DNA of 64,000 nucleotides from assembly GCA_045837725.1 (NCBI GenBank), contig JBEWZL010000202.1, positions 124,001 through 188,000 on the forward strand, given 5' to 3'. A program made the translations under genes and the position numbers. Below are positions 38,477 to 52,470 of this stretch, in pieces. The notes beneath the pieces were generated by a model, which saw only the letters and a list, made by a program, of their open reading frames with translations, was not told where the DNA came from and did not search any database. This DNA comes from Vermamoeba vermiformis. Its lineage: Eukaryota. Position 1 is the stretch's first letter, and every line of letters begins with the position of its first letter.

Positions 38477-40483
38477 TTACACAGTGCCGTTCGAGGATTT
38501 TACAGGTAAGTAGCACGAAAAGCACGTTGATTGCTTCGGGTACTTTGTCTTCCAATGCGTTGTCAATCGGTAGCCCACCAGTCCCACCAAAATTGTCACG
38601 AGGCCGATAATGATAAATGAATCAATAGGCGAGCATCCTAGTAACGGCCACTTGAAGTAGAACAACAACACTGATACGGGCAACACGGCTGTGCTGGCCA
38701 TGAACGTTTGAAGCGCACTCGCAACTTTGAGCAACCACAACAAAGCGATGTTGTAGCCGATATTCATAGCGATGTAGACCAAATATGGATACGGATCTGG
38801 TGAGCAGGTGCCAGCCGGAAGAGTATCTGGAGTAATTCCGACGAAACAGCTGCAAAGATAATCAGTAAAAGTTCGGGCAACAAGTGAGTCAAACAATTGT
38901 TCACAGTCGTAATGTCACCGTACCTAAATCCGCCTTTAATGTACTCGAGTAATCCTTGTGTGCCCGTTTGATGCAATAACACGCTGATTGGCACGAAGAG
39001 CGGGTAAAATAATAGCTGGAAGATGGCTGTGTGCGTGCTCAAGACGAAGACGTCCAAACCTGGCTTTTCTTTAAAAACGAGCTCTTTGATACTATAAATT
39101 GATAAAATTAGCACCATAAAATATAACTGAATAGATTTTGACTAACTGAAGCCGACATTTTTAGTTAACTTACGTGTATGACATTGCGAAGGGAAATCCC
39201 GAAATCGCAAGCACTATACTAAACAACAAACTATTCTCTCCCTTGAGCTTGCCGACTACATCAGGAATCAACGAGACAAAAGTTCCAACTACGACTACTA
39301 GGACGGTAAAACATTGCCAATACGTGTACCTAAAAACAGATCCGGCATTAGTTTATGTCGCTAATAAACGCTTTTAATTGCAATTGTTGCGTAGTTTTCA
39401 CATATTATTATCGTTTACCTTGTTTTCAAAATGATCAAGGCGCAAATCATCAAAAATAAAATGATCGTTTGACCAAGCAGCGGTGTCAATGGTCCCAACA
39501 CATGCGGAGTGCTAGTGAGAATAGGGTTAGCAAATAGTAGAAGACATAAGAAGCCGCGGAAGGTTAATTACGAAGCTTCCAGACTGGTCTCAAAGTTCGG
39601 AAGGATCCTTTTATGGAAACGAAGAAACAATTTTTTGACACGACACCAGCTTCGCTTGGGTCGTAATTGCATTATTGTATTAAATTACCAATTTGAAGTC
39701 AAATCGCGCAACGAGGATTGTAAAGATTAATGTTTACGAAAGTACTTACGCGAGCAGTTGAAGAATGGATCCGAGACCGTCGAGCAGGCCAGTCAAAGCG
39801 AAGTATTTCAAAGGCGGTATCTTAGACCACCATGAAGTCTTTACGGCTGGTCTATGATGAAGTGCGATTAGTTTAAATGCGTAGATCTACAGGCAAGTTC
39901 GTTGTGATCTCGGGTAAGTTCAAAATAGTTTAATTATTAAAATTATTATTCATAATATTTAAATATTTTATAGATGAAAAGGTATCGGAACTTTTGGAAG
40001 TATGACATTTCGCTTACTTTTTCCAAGGCCAAAGGATCGACTCTTTTGGGACAATATTCATTTTATAGCGCACAAATAAGATTATCGGGTATAATATTAA
40101 ATAGCTATAATTGAAAATAAATTAAAATTTTGAATATAAAATCATAATTTGACGGTTACTTACGCAACTCCGTTAAACAGCGCTAAAAAAAATGAATAAT
40201 TGCCCATAGGCACGGTCATGATCTATATTAAACATAATATATTAAGATCGTGACTAAAATCAAGGGTCTATATTTTCTAAATTTGATACGATATTTAGCA
40301 AATGATCAGATCCAAGATTACCTTCCGTGCAACAGTATTTAACGAACCAAATGCTACCACAGCGACCATGAGCAAGATTACAGTAAGTTCACTTTTCTTT
40401 TTCTCCTCGTGCTGGTTGATCTCCTTTTTGTCTTTCTCATCCTGATTAATCAGCAATGGAACTCGTTCTCCTCTAGTATCCAT
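38477..40483 (-). CDS. CRT-like (chloroquine-resistance-transporter family, DMT superfamily) transporter
   Basis: About 10 TMs with PMGNYSFF, GLLDGLG, KELVF..LDVFV, G-F-x-CF and YNIALLWLLKVASA, plus an N-terminal ERVPLL dileucine signal. Confidence 0.85.
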
Positions 40484-40653
40484 TTAATATAAATATCAAT
40501 TAATTCAATGATTGCTGTTCATCAGTTTAGTATGCAGATCCAAACCAAAAACAGAATCGAAGAAAAAAATATCCGTCTAAATTTGGACAAAATTGCTATT
40601 TTCATCTTCGTAATAATATTATTCACCTGATGATCGCATTTATTTTACAATTT

Positions 40654-42420
40654 TTATTTATTGGCGTGGTAGATCTCTACAACACGAGAAATGTATTTGC
40701 GACAAAGAGGGCAATGCTGCACTTTAACTGAACACTCCATGCAACACGCTAAATGGCCGCACTCTAAGAACACGCATTTGATGTGCCTGTCTTGGCAAAT
40801 AACGCAAATGTCTTTGTCTTCCGATCCAACTTTCTCATCTGATCCAAACAAAGTTAGTTCCAAATCCAAATGCAAAAGCGAAAATAAGGCTAGATATGTC
40901 ACTATAAACTTACTATAGGGCACGTTATTAACATTGTTATTGGTGTTATTGCTCGCCGGTTTCTTATCAGCATCGCTCGTTTTCTTCATGATCTTGTCCT
41001 GGATCTTCTGAATCAGATCTGACTTCTCAAAACAGTCTTTGAAATCAACGCGATGTCTCTTCAATATTTCTTTCAATTGCGCCACACTCAACTCGTTCAG
41101 ATCAAAATTCTCGGGAATTACAACCTCACCGACAGGTGCCTATAAAATAACGCGTATGTTAGTATAATGCTATGTGTACACTATAAATATGTAATATAAG
41201 GAGGCAGTTGAAATTTCAAGCCTGTTTTGGCTTTGGATCTGGCTACGTATTGGCACTTACTTGAGGTTGTGGATGCGCTCGAGGAGGTACTTGTTGTTGA
41301 GGCTGTGATGGGCCGTTCGAGCGATTATTATTGCTGCTATTACTATAATTGGCATTGCTATTTACATTTGGTTGTGGGTACGATGAACTAGACTGTTGTT
41401 GGTGAGGATTTGAATACGGTGCTGATGACCCGTTATTGTTATAAGGGTTATTATGGTAATGTACATTTGTATTTGCATTTGCAGATTGATGTTGTTGAGG
41501 CGGTGGGTTGTGCGGATGTGCACCGGAGTTAGCTCCGAAAAACGTATTGAATACATCATCAAAAAATCCACCGAAGCCACCACTAGTGTTATTTTGATTA
41601 AAATTCGTATTAGTAGCTCTATTTTGTGCTTGTTGCTGATTATTTGTCACATGAGGAGCTCCGCCGTTGAAAAATCCTTCAAAATTATCGAAGAAATTAT
41701 CCGAGTAAGTTCGATGAGGTTCCGGCTGCGGTCTACTATGATGGTTGCTATTGGTATTGTTATAATGGTTCGTATTAACGTTGCCGGGATATTCCGCTGT
41801 TGAAGGTTTTGAATGCTTCTTTTTTTGTTTTTTTTCTCGGTCTTTTAAGGCTCGTTCATGCGTTTTATCCTGATTAGGATCGTAATATTTTAATAGACCC
41901 GCTATAATATCACTCTTTTCTAAAGCATTGGTGAGCGCTGCAGGAATATTGTAATCGAGCGCAAATTGTTTTAGCATTTTGACAGGAAACTGTTCGAGAT
42001 CTGCTGTATTCTTTAGAGCCACTAAAATAATAAAATATGAGTATAATATATAAAGAATATGAGACTTGTTTGGGCTTACGATTTAAGGCTATGTAACACA
42101 GATCGCAAACCCTTTCTGGTTTCGTGATCCCAAGTTTAGGAATGGGCATTTTATGCGAGGAACAATCGTGGCATCGCACGGCATTGCATCTATGACATTG
42201 GTGCTATTTAAATTGATAAGAGAAAGGCAATAATTAATTAAAAAAATAATAAAAATTTTATGCTTTTGTCAATTCTCTACGTCATAGCAGAGAATACGAT
42301 TTACATAGAGTATAATTATGGAATAATTATTTATGTAATATTGCAATAATTTCTTACCTTCCATTTAAATGTTGAGAATTTGGTCCCGCATCCAGGGCAG
42401 GTTGTATTGTTATCGGTCAT
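40654..42420 (-). CDS. RNF34/RFFL (CARP)-like E3 ligase: FYVE-like, two SAP-like EKxDL motifs, RING
   Basis: CPGCGTKF..KHQCHRC..CHDCS..RVCDLC, ALEKSDI, CFEKSDL, and C-terminal CVICQD..FLECGHLACCMECS..CPLCR. Confidence 0.85.
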
Positions 42421-42901
42421 TTTAATATTAATTAGCTTCTTATTGTTATGTACATCTCATTTAGATGAGGGAAAAAGTAAAAGTCCAAGTCAGTCGTGGT
42501 GTTCCTTTTAATTACTAATTTTCGTATTTTTCGTCTTCAATTCCCAAATTTCTAATGATTTTTGATTATGAATAGGCGACTTCGTTACTATAGTGTACGA
42601 TAATTGGTCATTTTTTCGTAACAATGAATTTCAGCGGAAGGGATCCGAAAGCGCACAAGAAACTTCCTCCGAACTTACATAGAAGCGACTAGAACCACCA
42701 ATACGAAAGCTAATAGCGTAATTAGGCTTTCTTCGTATCATTTTTCACCTCGCAATATAATTATACGCCTATTTTTGGACGCCGGAAGTGCCGAGTGGTT
42801 CCGTCAGGCCGCTTTTCCATTCTTTACGTTGCAATTGAACACAATACGAACAAAATTGATGTGCAGCATTGCTAGAGCATAAAAGACAGCATTAGCCTAA
42901 T

Positions 42902-44059
42902 ATGGAGTGGAGCAATTTTCCTGAGGAATTGAAATTGTACATCTTCGATTTTATGGGGTCCAAGGATCTCCTAGCCTGCTCGCCAATTTCGAAAGAATGG
43001 TAATTAATTATAATAATTATAATTCTTTTGTTAGTTGCGACGAATATCCCGAAAGATTCGTGCTGAGTCACGCGTAACAATTGGATCCCGAAATTAATTT
43101 TAATATTAAATTACAATGAGCTCACTTTTAAAATATTTAGCGAGCTTCATATCTAATCATGAATAATTTAGAATATTTAAAATGTTTTTCGGTTCACCTT
43201 GCATTAACAGAACGTTTCAAAATTTAGGCGAGTTTTGGCTAACCGCGAAGATATTTGGCGAGCATTATTCCGACGAGTAAGCTGAATATAATTAAATGGT
43301 CATTATTTAATAGCATTCTTACTAAAATACTCTGCTCGTCAAGGTTTGGAAATGGGATTTACCCCGAGACTTACCGATAAGTGCTAAAGAAGCATTCTAT
43401 CAATACAAAAAAACGCGGAACGTAGTTTGGTACGATTATAGCAAGGTAATATAACAAAATATTGAGCAAAAATGTTTCGGGTGCTGATCTCGGGTAATTA
43501 GGACGACTATCAAAAAGATCTGCAGTTCTTATTGCTATTATGGATGCCTATGCTCACATTATTACTATTCAAATTGTCTACACCGCTGTTGTTCATCGGA
43601 TTAGGCCTATTTTTGCTTCAGATCTACGATTTCGCAGGAGATTCGACGCTGCATACAAAAGAAGGCATGACGCTCACTTTCTACGCGGCATTTTCGTTCT
43701 TAATATACACCTTCATTACATCATGGCAAATTCTACTATTCTCTCAATGGCCTTTGGTGGTTCCGTCGCTGTGTTACAGCTATTACTCGCTACTCGTCTT
43801 CAATTACAGCGTGAATCCGCCAAGTAAGTCAAATTTTCAGTTTAAAATGCTTCTTAAAGTTACTCATAGAATATTATAATATTTGTGGCAATTTTGTTAA
43901 GCATTTTTGCTTTCGTGTAGCGGATGTGCTAAATCTTTTATTTCCTTTTTAGGAAGTTGGTACATGCGGCAGCTGCGAAATAATATAACAATAGGATTTG
44001 GACCAGCAATATTTTACTACTTGGTTAGTACCTCGTTGCATTTTGTTGGAGTTTGGTAA
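42902..44059 (+). CDS. F-box protein with C-terminal transmembrane helices
   Basis: MEWSNFPEELKLYIFDFMGSKDLLACSPISKEWRVLANREDIW is an F-box, followed by 4-5 hydrophobic helices. 5 exons join in frame. Confidence 0.75.
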
Positions 44060-44335
44060 GCGCGTAATTCTTTGAAATTTCAACTTGTACATGGATGCGA
44101 TTGTAAATAATAAAACAACAATGAATATATTCATATGAAGTATTGTTTTGCTTAATAAATCTAATATTTCGAAAAGAACACATTTGAGGCTCGAATCCGC
44201 AACGGTTCATTTGTACGTTCTGTTTGAACAGATTTCTCGAGTTACTTCCAATACAAATATATGCGAGTAAGTTTTTCTGTGAGATCAAAAGTTTCAAGTA
44301 AAATTACGCAAATTGAACAATTATTTTTTGACCAG

Positions 44336-46097
44336 ATGGAGTACGAGACCACAAATGAACCGACCAGCGCGCCACAAAGCAATGAACCTAATCCTATAAT
44401 TACCATCAAATATATACTAGCTGCGGGCTATCTTTTGGTGCGTAATCTAAATCATAAAGCGGACATCCGAATTTTACGGACTTAAATTTCGCTTACAAAA
44501 TATTTAAAATATATTCTAATACACAAACTGACTATTTTACGTTAGGTATGCGTGCTTTCAGTAATTAGTTTCTTTTTAAGAGCGACCCTTAACAAAACAA
44601 GGGAAGGATTTGATTCGAACAGATTGATTTTCGTGCTTGTTTTTGTCTTCAGTGCAAGTAAGTCATTGATACAGAATTAATTATATTACGATGTTTCATT
44701 GGTTAGTCGTTTCGATGCGTATCAAAATCGGCAAGAGATCCGGATCAAAAAAATAACGGTCAAAAATCATCATAGCGGATTCTAACGCTTTAAAATCGAA
44801 ATATAGTATCTAAATATTATGTGCATATGGATTTTAATGACTCGCCACAATTCTAGAATATTCCACGCGATCTGTCGATTTGTTTATTTTTGCGTTCATG
44901 AACTAACGCTTCATTTTATAGTTCGCAGCGTCTATTCATTTATTCCTATTAAAATATGGACGGATATGTATAATAGCAATGATAGTGCTCGCCAGTTCTT
45001 TTTTGACGTACTTCCCGAGATCGTATTTCTTTCAATTTCAACTCTTTTGCTTTGTTTATGGTAAGAATACGCAAATATTAATATATATACATTTGTTAAT
45101 AAAATACTCTTAGGGCGCGAATTTATTTCAAGACGCAATCGAGCCAAGGCATGACACAACGAAAATTTTGGATCATGTTTGCTTCGTTGATTTCAGCCTT
45201 AATATTGACAGCCTTGGCTATTATAGTCTATATGTACGTAGAATATGTTCCTATTGCCAGAGAATCAGCTTATGAAGGTAAGATCCAAGATTGCTATGAT
45301 CTGATCCCGTTTCAATACTACGATCAAACCTTATTATACCTACCTTATGACAACTAGTCGAACGTGTTCAATATAATATATTTGCAAAGCCAGCGAAATT
45401 ACATTGCAAATGCTGGAACGATGAAATTTCGTACTCGCGTATCGGCACTTTCCATTTGTTAGCAACTTTGGAGGTTATTTTCAATATTAATATCAATGTT
45501 ATATATAGGCTTCTATTTGGGAGCTATGGCGGGACTATTGGCCCTCGGTGTGCTGATCTTCGGTATCAGTTTGATGAGCTCGTTCAGAAAGATGCGTGTC
45601 TTGTCCAAGAACTTGACTTCACGATTGAGACGAGTAAGTAGCACTAGTAGTACTTATCATAAAAGGAAACATAGCTTTTCCATATTTGGATCAGATCTGG
45701 AGAGATCATCGTTGACTAGTTCATATTTTTGTACATCCGGATCTGAATGTTCCGCTGCACTTATTTCAAGATCGTTGATTTTGGTACTGATTTGCTAATC
45801 ATTATTACATAGACTGTGGCGCTAGTGGTTACAGACGAAGTAACGAGCTGTCGTTGCAAGAGTTTGCAGTGATTTGGTTCTTCTATTTCTTCGTCACGGA
45901 AATATTCCCAACTTTGTTGATATTGTACATCTTCTTGACTTGGCCGTATAAGGTAGGAGATTCTCTAGTCTGCAGACTAGATAATCCTAAAACTTTTTGC
46001 AATGCTATTGATAGTTACATTTTCTAACTGTTATCACCAATAGCGACACGACCGAGAAATGCACCGACCTTTGATGAATGAGAGTGGATCTATGTAA
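44336..46097 (+). CDS. THH1/TOM1/GPR137-like multi-pass membrane protein
   Basis: LPEIVFLSISTLLLCLWARIY and YFFVTEIFPTLLILY motifs. The exon structure around 45640-45850 could not be joined cleanly. Confidence 0.7.
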
Positions 46098-46470
46098 AGA
46101 TCGAGAGCAAATAGAGAAATGAGACTCCTTGTATTCTAAATTTTGTATTTAGTAATTGTTAATAATAATTTATTACTCATCTCTTTGGAGCATTTTGCGC
46201 GTGGTCCTTAAAATTCACAACGTGTGGTTCGTCCGAACGAAGACTGTTGGAAACAAGGTCCGGCCTGCAGTCAATCCGTCGTCGAGCGACTATCATCGTT
46301 CTTGTAATAATAGACTTCAATATCGATCATATGCGCCGATTGATATTTGAACTTTTGGCTCAACTTCAGTGACACGTGTCTACTGGAGTTGTGCTCTCGA
46401 AAAGTGAGCTTCTGTCAGAATAACTTCGTTCATCGATGCGTATACATGATACGCATTAATTTTTTAATCA

Positions 46471-49400
46471 ATGAATAGGCAGGGTAAGTTCGCAATTTTT
46501 TTTTGTTTATGTGACAAGATCAAAGTCTCATTATTTATTAACTTTAGACCAGCTATATTTATGGCTATTATCACTACTACTTGCGCACGGAGTATCAGGT
46601 AAATGATTTAAATTTAAAATTATTTAGGATAAAATCGGATTCCGGTAGCCACCGATAAACTGTGAACATAAACTGATAGTTTATAATAAATACTATTTTT
46701 ATTTTATTTTTTTACTAATTATTTATCCGAAGGATGTTATTATCCAATGCAGCTTCGCAATCCACGCTCAGGAGCGTCAATTGCAGCTCTAAATGACAAG
46801 ATATATTTTATTGGCTCAAATGTAGTTAGATACACGCATATTATTGACGTATTTGACACGACGTCCAACACTTGGTCCGAAAGATCCGTCATGCAACTTG
46901 ATCCGCCAAGAATTGGAGAAAGACCGCTTGGAATTGGCTCTAAATATCTTGTAATAGTCGGCGGAATATTTCCAGATCATGAACGGTACAAATTTGTCGA
47001 TATCACAGATATTACAACCAACGAGCAAACCTCGATCCCGTTTCCAAGCAGTTGGGATCCGTATGCTAATGCAGTAGTACTCGATATTTATATGCTACAG
47101 AAAGTAGTAGTATTCATACAAGCTGGAGCCCTGAGCGATAATGTCGTTCTTCTAATCGACCTCTCAACCAAATCCGCAACAGAGATCCTCTCTCCTGGCA
47201 TACGACGAGCTACGACAAATGGAACGCATTTATTTGCCTCAACGAGAATAGGGCCGCAAGTTCTTGACGTCGATCAGATGGCTTGGAGCGCCCTTCCTAA
47301 TTTTCCACTGACGTTGCCAAGCACTCATCAGAACAGTTGGATCTACCTTCGTGCAATCGACGCTATTGCACTAATACCGAGCCTTGGTCCCCTTACCTTC
47401 AAATTTTACGCACTGAACGGGACTGAAATTAGATCTTTACCAGGTAACATTATTTGATCGTTTTTTTATTAGGAGACTAACCAAATGATATGCAGGACGA
47501 AGATTCAGTCTTTTGACGTATACCGACTCGGAAATGTACCTTGCTGAATCAGGCTCATTGACAGTAGTCAGAGTTGAAGACTTTGAACAAATTCAGTACC
47601 TCTTGCCTCAAACGTTCTTCGAAACCGGAATTTTCAGTTTGGTCCACAACGGCGTTATTTATGCAACGTCTACACGCCACGATAGTATATTAACCATCAA
47701 CACCAACGTGCTCTTCACACGGGCTCAATTTAACGTGCCAGCAGACCGCATTCTTGTGACAGTTGGCGACACCATCATTGCCATCACGCAAAATATCTCC
47801 TGGTTCGATATGAACACGCAAAAATATCACACGTGGGACTGGCCCACCAGGCGCAGACTAAGGCCGATCCCAGTTGTTGGACAGTTCGTCGTTCTTGCGT
47901 CTGGAAATGACCTCATCACTGACGAACTATCGAATGCACTTGACATCTTTGACGCAACAACGCAAACATGGGCATCGTACACAATGCCTTATGCATTTCG
48001 TGCAGGAAGAGTTTATGGTACCGGCGACCACGCATTCTTTTTTGTCGGTCAAGATCAGCTTTATGTTCTCAACGTTAAGACGATAACCTGGCAAGAGTAT
48101 ACAATGGCGCAGCCATTCGCGTTTCATGTCCTTCACAACAAAGTGTTTTCGAGCTACGTGCTCCGGTTCGAGATTTTTGATTTGACGACAGGCAGTGCAA
48201 GAAGAACAAATCTGACGAATGTTATTGGCACCCCTATTGGATCAGATCTTTATTTTGGCATTGAAACGACAACTAATGCTGTTATCTTGTACGACGTTGT
48301 GGCTGATACCGAACGAAGAGACAGCCTCAGCGTTGCAAGAGCCAACTTCGCGCTGGAAGTGGTGCAAGAGAGATTCGTCATTGTTGCTGGTGGAACTCCG
48401 AGAAATCGTATTGACGTCTATGACATTCTGACGTCAACGTGGAAGAACACGCAGTTGTCAGAGTACGCCAGGAACAACGAGATTTTGATGACAGTTGTCA
48501 ATGATGTCGTCATTTTTGCGAGACACAGACGGATCGAGCAGCTTAATCCTGCCACCATGGAGCTCTCAGAGATCGTTCTCGAAGTAGATGATATAACCAA
48601 AGTAGAAACAAGAGGCAGCAAAGTGATCTTCATCAGCGACAGGTCCCTAACAATCTACGAGACTTCAACGAGCGAGTACTTCACTGCACGATTTGACACT
48701 TTCATTGTCAATAACCCGCTCGAAAACTTTGTCTTTGCGTCATCAGGCAACAAGATCGAGTTCAGACCAATCACAACGATGACAGGTGTCATGAACAGTG
48801 TGTCACTCTTCGAAGGAGACTCAACCACCTTCTCAACGAGCGCTCAAGGACCCTTTGCAACTGTAAGATGGTCGCATAATGACGAAGAGATGGCCAATAT
48901 GAACGGCAGATTTGCACTTCTGTTGAGCAACGTGGAGCAGTCTAATAGCGGCACTTATCGCATTGAAGTTCGAGACATGTGTAACCAACGAATGCAACAA
49001 CAAGCACAACTCACTGTTCACGGAAGGCCTTTGTTTGTCGAGCCTCTTCAGGACACGATTAATCTTTGTGACGAACCTGCGGTGATCGAAACGCACGTGA
49101 CAGGCAAGAACGTGACACTCGAATGGCGAATCAACGATGAAATTCAACCATCATTTTTGAGTGAAAATATCACAATAGCGCCAAGTACGCTTCACTGTGA
49201 CACAACGTACTCACTTTGCTTGACTGCAACGAATCCATCAGGACCAAACACAACATGTGCATCACTCAAACTTGTCAAAGTCGACTCTCTGTTTGCAGGT
49301 CCACGACCGCTATCAAATCAACCACAATGGTTCACAGACACGCAAGTTGATCTCGAAGTGATTATATTGGACTCGGATTGCACAAGTCACACGTGGCTCA

Positions 49401-51029
49401 TGGACAACCAAACCGTCAGTCAGCACGCGTCATTACACAGCACTCATCGTGTGAATGTGTCACTTCTGGTTAAACACAGAGAGTTCACAGTCGTTGCTCG
49501 ATGCGGCAACAGTGAGGTTCGATCTCGAGCCTTCATTTTCACGAACGTGTCATCGCTCAAAGTTGGCGAGGTGGTCGCAATAGTTATCATTCCAATTTTG
49601 ATCACGGTGGCGGCGGTCGTAACAGCAATCTTCGTCCGTCGAAGATTCGTGAAGAGTCAAAGCCATGAAGTGGAGCTGCAAACACTTCTTACTCAAGCCA
49701 AGTCCGACTCACTGCGAAGAGATGGAGTGTCAGTCATTCCAGCAACAAAATGGGAATGGACTCCGAGCGACGATTTCACTTACCGACCCGTTGATGCACT
49801 TCCTTTCAAAATCGACTTGTCAATGATTCAAATGAAGACTGAACCAATGAGAATTGATGTGTGGATGCAAAATGAAATGATTTTCTCACTCGGATCAAAG
49901 GACAAGAACTTGGGTACAAAAGAACGACTTCTTGACGGCCTTCACGTTGACATTTACAGTCCTCAATCACCAAAGTACGAGATTAGAGTCGATCCATCAT
50001 CATTTGTGATCAAAGAAGGCAAGTCAGTCCACGTGACAGTTTCGTCGATGATGCGAATGACAGCCAAATGCAAGATCAGTCTCGTGCTTGTGATTGACCA
50101 GCAGAAGATCTATTCGGCAATAGAGTACAAGATTGAAAGTGTCATGTCAACGTGGATCGATCTTGATGAGATTCAACAAACAGGCGAGTATCTCGGAGGT
50201 GGAGGGTAAGTGTCAAAATAACTGATGACACATGACACGTGTCAAAATACTGACATGATTTATTCGTTCTAGATTTGGTTCAGTTGTTAGAGGAGTGTAT
50301 CGAGGTCAACAAGTCGCGGTCAAACGGTTGTTGAGTCAATATCTGACACCTGAGATGAAGACCGAGTTTGAACGTGAAGTGACCCTCATGAAGGACTTGA
50401 GACACCCGAACATTGTATCGTTCATTGGTGCCTCTAATGTTACTGACAACTTGGCATTGGTCATCGAATACGCACCTCTTGGAAGTCTCTCAAGTGTCAT
50501 GCAAAAGATGAAACTCTCAACTTCGATGAAACTCACAATGCTCTACGAGACAGCGAAGGCGATTCAGTTCTTGCACATGAACAGTGTCATTCATCGCGAC
50601 ATCAAACCACAAAACATCTTGGTGTTCTCACTCGAACCAAAGTCACCAGTGCACATCAAACTCACTGACTTTGGCACGTCAAGATTCATCTCGGACGATA
50701 AAATGACAGTCACCAAGAACGTCGGAACAATCAGCTACATGGCACCAGAGGCACTTGGACGCAATCCACGCATTGACAAGAGTGCAGATGTTTACAGTTT
50801 TGCGATTCTGATGTGGGAAGTGATGTTCGAACAACAACCATTCAGCGAATTTCAATGGGACTCAGCGATCGAACAACACGTCAAGGAAGGGAAAAGACTG
50901 CCGTTAGACACAAACACGAGTATTAATTCGTCACTAGTCAGGCTGATTGAAGACTGTTGGAAACAAGATCCGTCTTCTCGGCCACAGATCAATTCAGTCG
51001 TCGAGCGATTGTCTTCGTTATTGCAATAA
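46471..51029 (+). CDS. Receptor TKL kinase with Kelch-like and Ig-like ectodomain (Entamoeba TMK-like intracellular part)
   Basis: Signal peptide, Kelch-like repeats (VIVAGG..RIDVYDILTSTW), an Ig strand pattern (VRWSHN..LLLSNV..SGTY), TM VVAIVIIPILITVAAVVTAIFV, and kinase HRDIKPQNILVFSL..KLTDFG..YMAPE. Confidence 0.88.
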
Positions 51030-51109
51030 TAAATCACTATTAGCGCGTAAATTAGCTCCAGATTGAAAAAACTAACGCGTTTTAGGTGTTTTGGATCGAA
51101 CAGAAAAGT

Positions 51110-51622
51110 TTAGTTTGCCAGAGGAGACTGATAGAATACATTATATATCATATATATTAATATAGGACCATCGACTATTGCCAATGAGGCTAATGAAGCT
51201 GGAATTATGACTGTCAAGTTAGATTTGACAAGAGATGCGGTCCAGAGGATATGAAGCGGAATAGCACTGAGAGCAAGACTATGAAATGCTAATAAGGTCC
51301 ATACTAAAGGTAAAATAATTACTATCTATCTATCTAAGGCATTGAAGGCCTAATAATTAATTCATAATATTTTGAAATATTTTTCACGGGCTTACTTACT
51401 GTGCTGCGGCGCTATAAAATACATTAACAAGACTTTAATTATGCCAAAAATAGCAGTAAATTTAATGAGCGTGTTTTGGCTAATCTGGGATACTCCGCCC
51501 TTCAACTTATTGACTCGATCTGTCGTGTAAATGAACAATACTGCCGAAAGTATTGCAATGGGGTCTGCTAATATAGCGGCAGGCGTTCCTACGGATACGA
51601 GCAGCCAATACAGGAAGCCCAT
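51110..51622 (-). CDS. Small multi-pass membrane protein
   Basis: Two hydrophobic exons joined by a GTAAGT..AG intron: MGFLYWLLVSVG...YQSPLAN*. Confidence 0.55.
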
Positions 51623-51913
51623 TGCGATCTCTTCGAACAACAAAAATAAACAAAAATGATCGTTCGCAAGACATGAAACGCTCAGTAACTGAGCATGAAT
51701 ATTGATGATACTATTTCTTCTTTCTTAATTGGTTCTAAACAACCTTCTTTCTTATTTGTACGGATCCTGTAGTCTAATTTCGGATCATCAGAAAATAATC
51801 GGTAAATTCTGCTAATAGCGCCAAAGTAACTACATAAAAATGCAAAATGCAATCAAGTAATTATTCCGAGTCTATTCTAAATAACGACAATAAGCAACAA
51901 ATCGAATCTAAAA

Positions 51914-52470
51914 ATGGCCGAAGCTAAGATCACCCTTGCTCACAAGAAGAACTTGCGAGACTTCGAAGCTAAGCGTGTAGAGTACCTCAACAAGATTAAG
52001 GAACTCACTGGCATCGAGTTTGAGTTCTCTGCTGAGCCCTCTTTGGACGACTACTTGATGGCTTTGATCAACGAGAGCGAATTCCACCACGAAGTTGGTG
52101 AAGGCTTGTATGGCGACAATGGATACCTCCACCACGTTTTGAAGTTGTAAGCAATTCAATCGATATGAAACGGGACCAAATCTCGCAGAATTTTTGACCG
52201 ATCTACGGATTTAGTCGCCCCACAAAGAATTATTTCGATTAAAATACTAACCGAGTTATAATATATAGTTTCGAGAAGCAATGGAGCGATGAGCTCGTTC
52301 GTGAAGCCTTGCAGGAAGCCACCAAGAACAAGAAGATCTTCATTCGCAGCCTCCGCGTCGAAAATGACGTGGCCTTTGAGAACGGCAATATGTACCTCAA
52401 TATTCCCGCCTTCAAATTCAACATGTACAAGCACTACGTGTCAGACTTCGATCCCTCGAATGTTCTGTAA
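51914..52470 (+). CDS. Small soluble hypothetical protein (~145 aa)
   Basis: Two exons, MAEAKITLAHKKNLRDF..HVLK / FEKQWSDEL..DPSNVL*. Strong C/G-ending codon bias suggests high expression. Confidence 0.8.

Noticed and set aside
42781-42860. tRNA-like start (gccggaagtgccgagtggtt, A-box-like)
   Set aside because: No T-loop GTTCRA and no acceptor-stem complement downstream.
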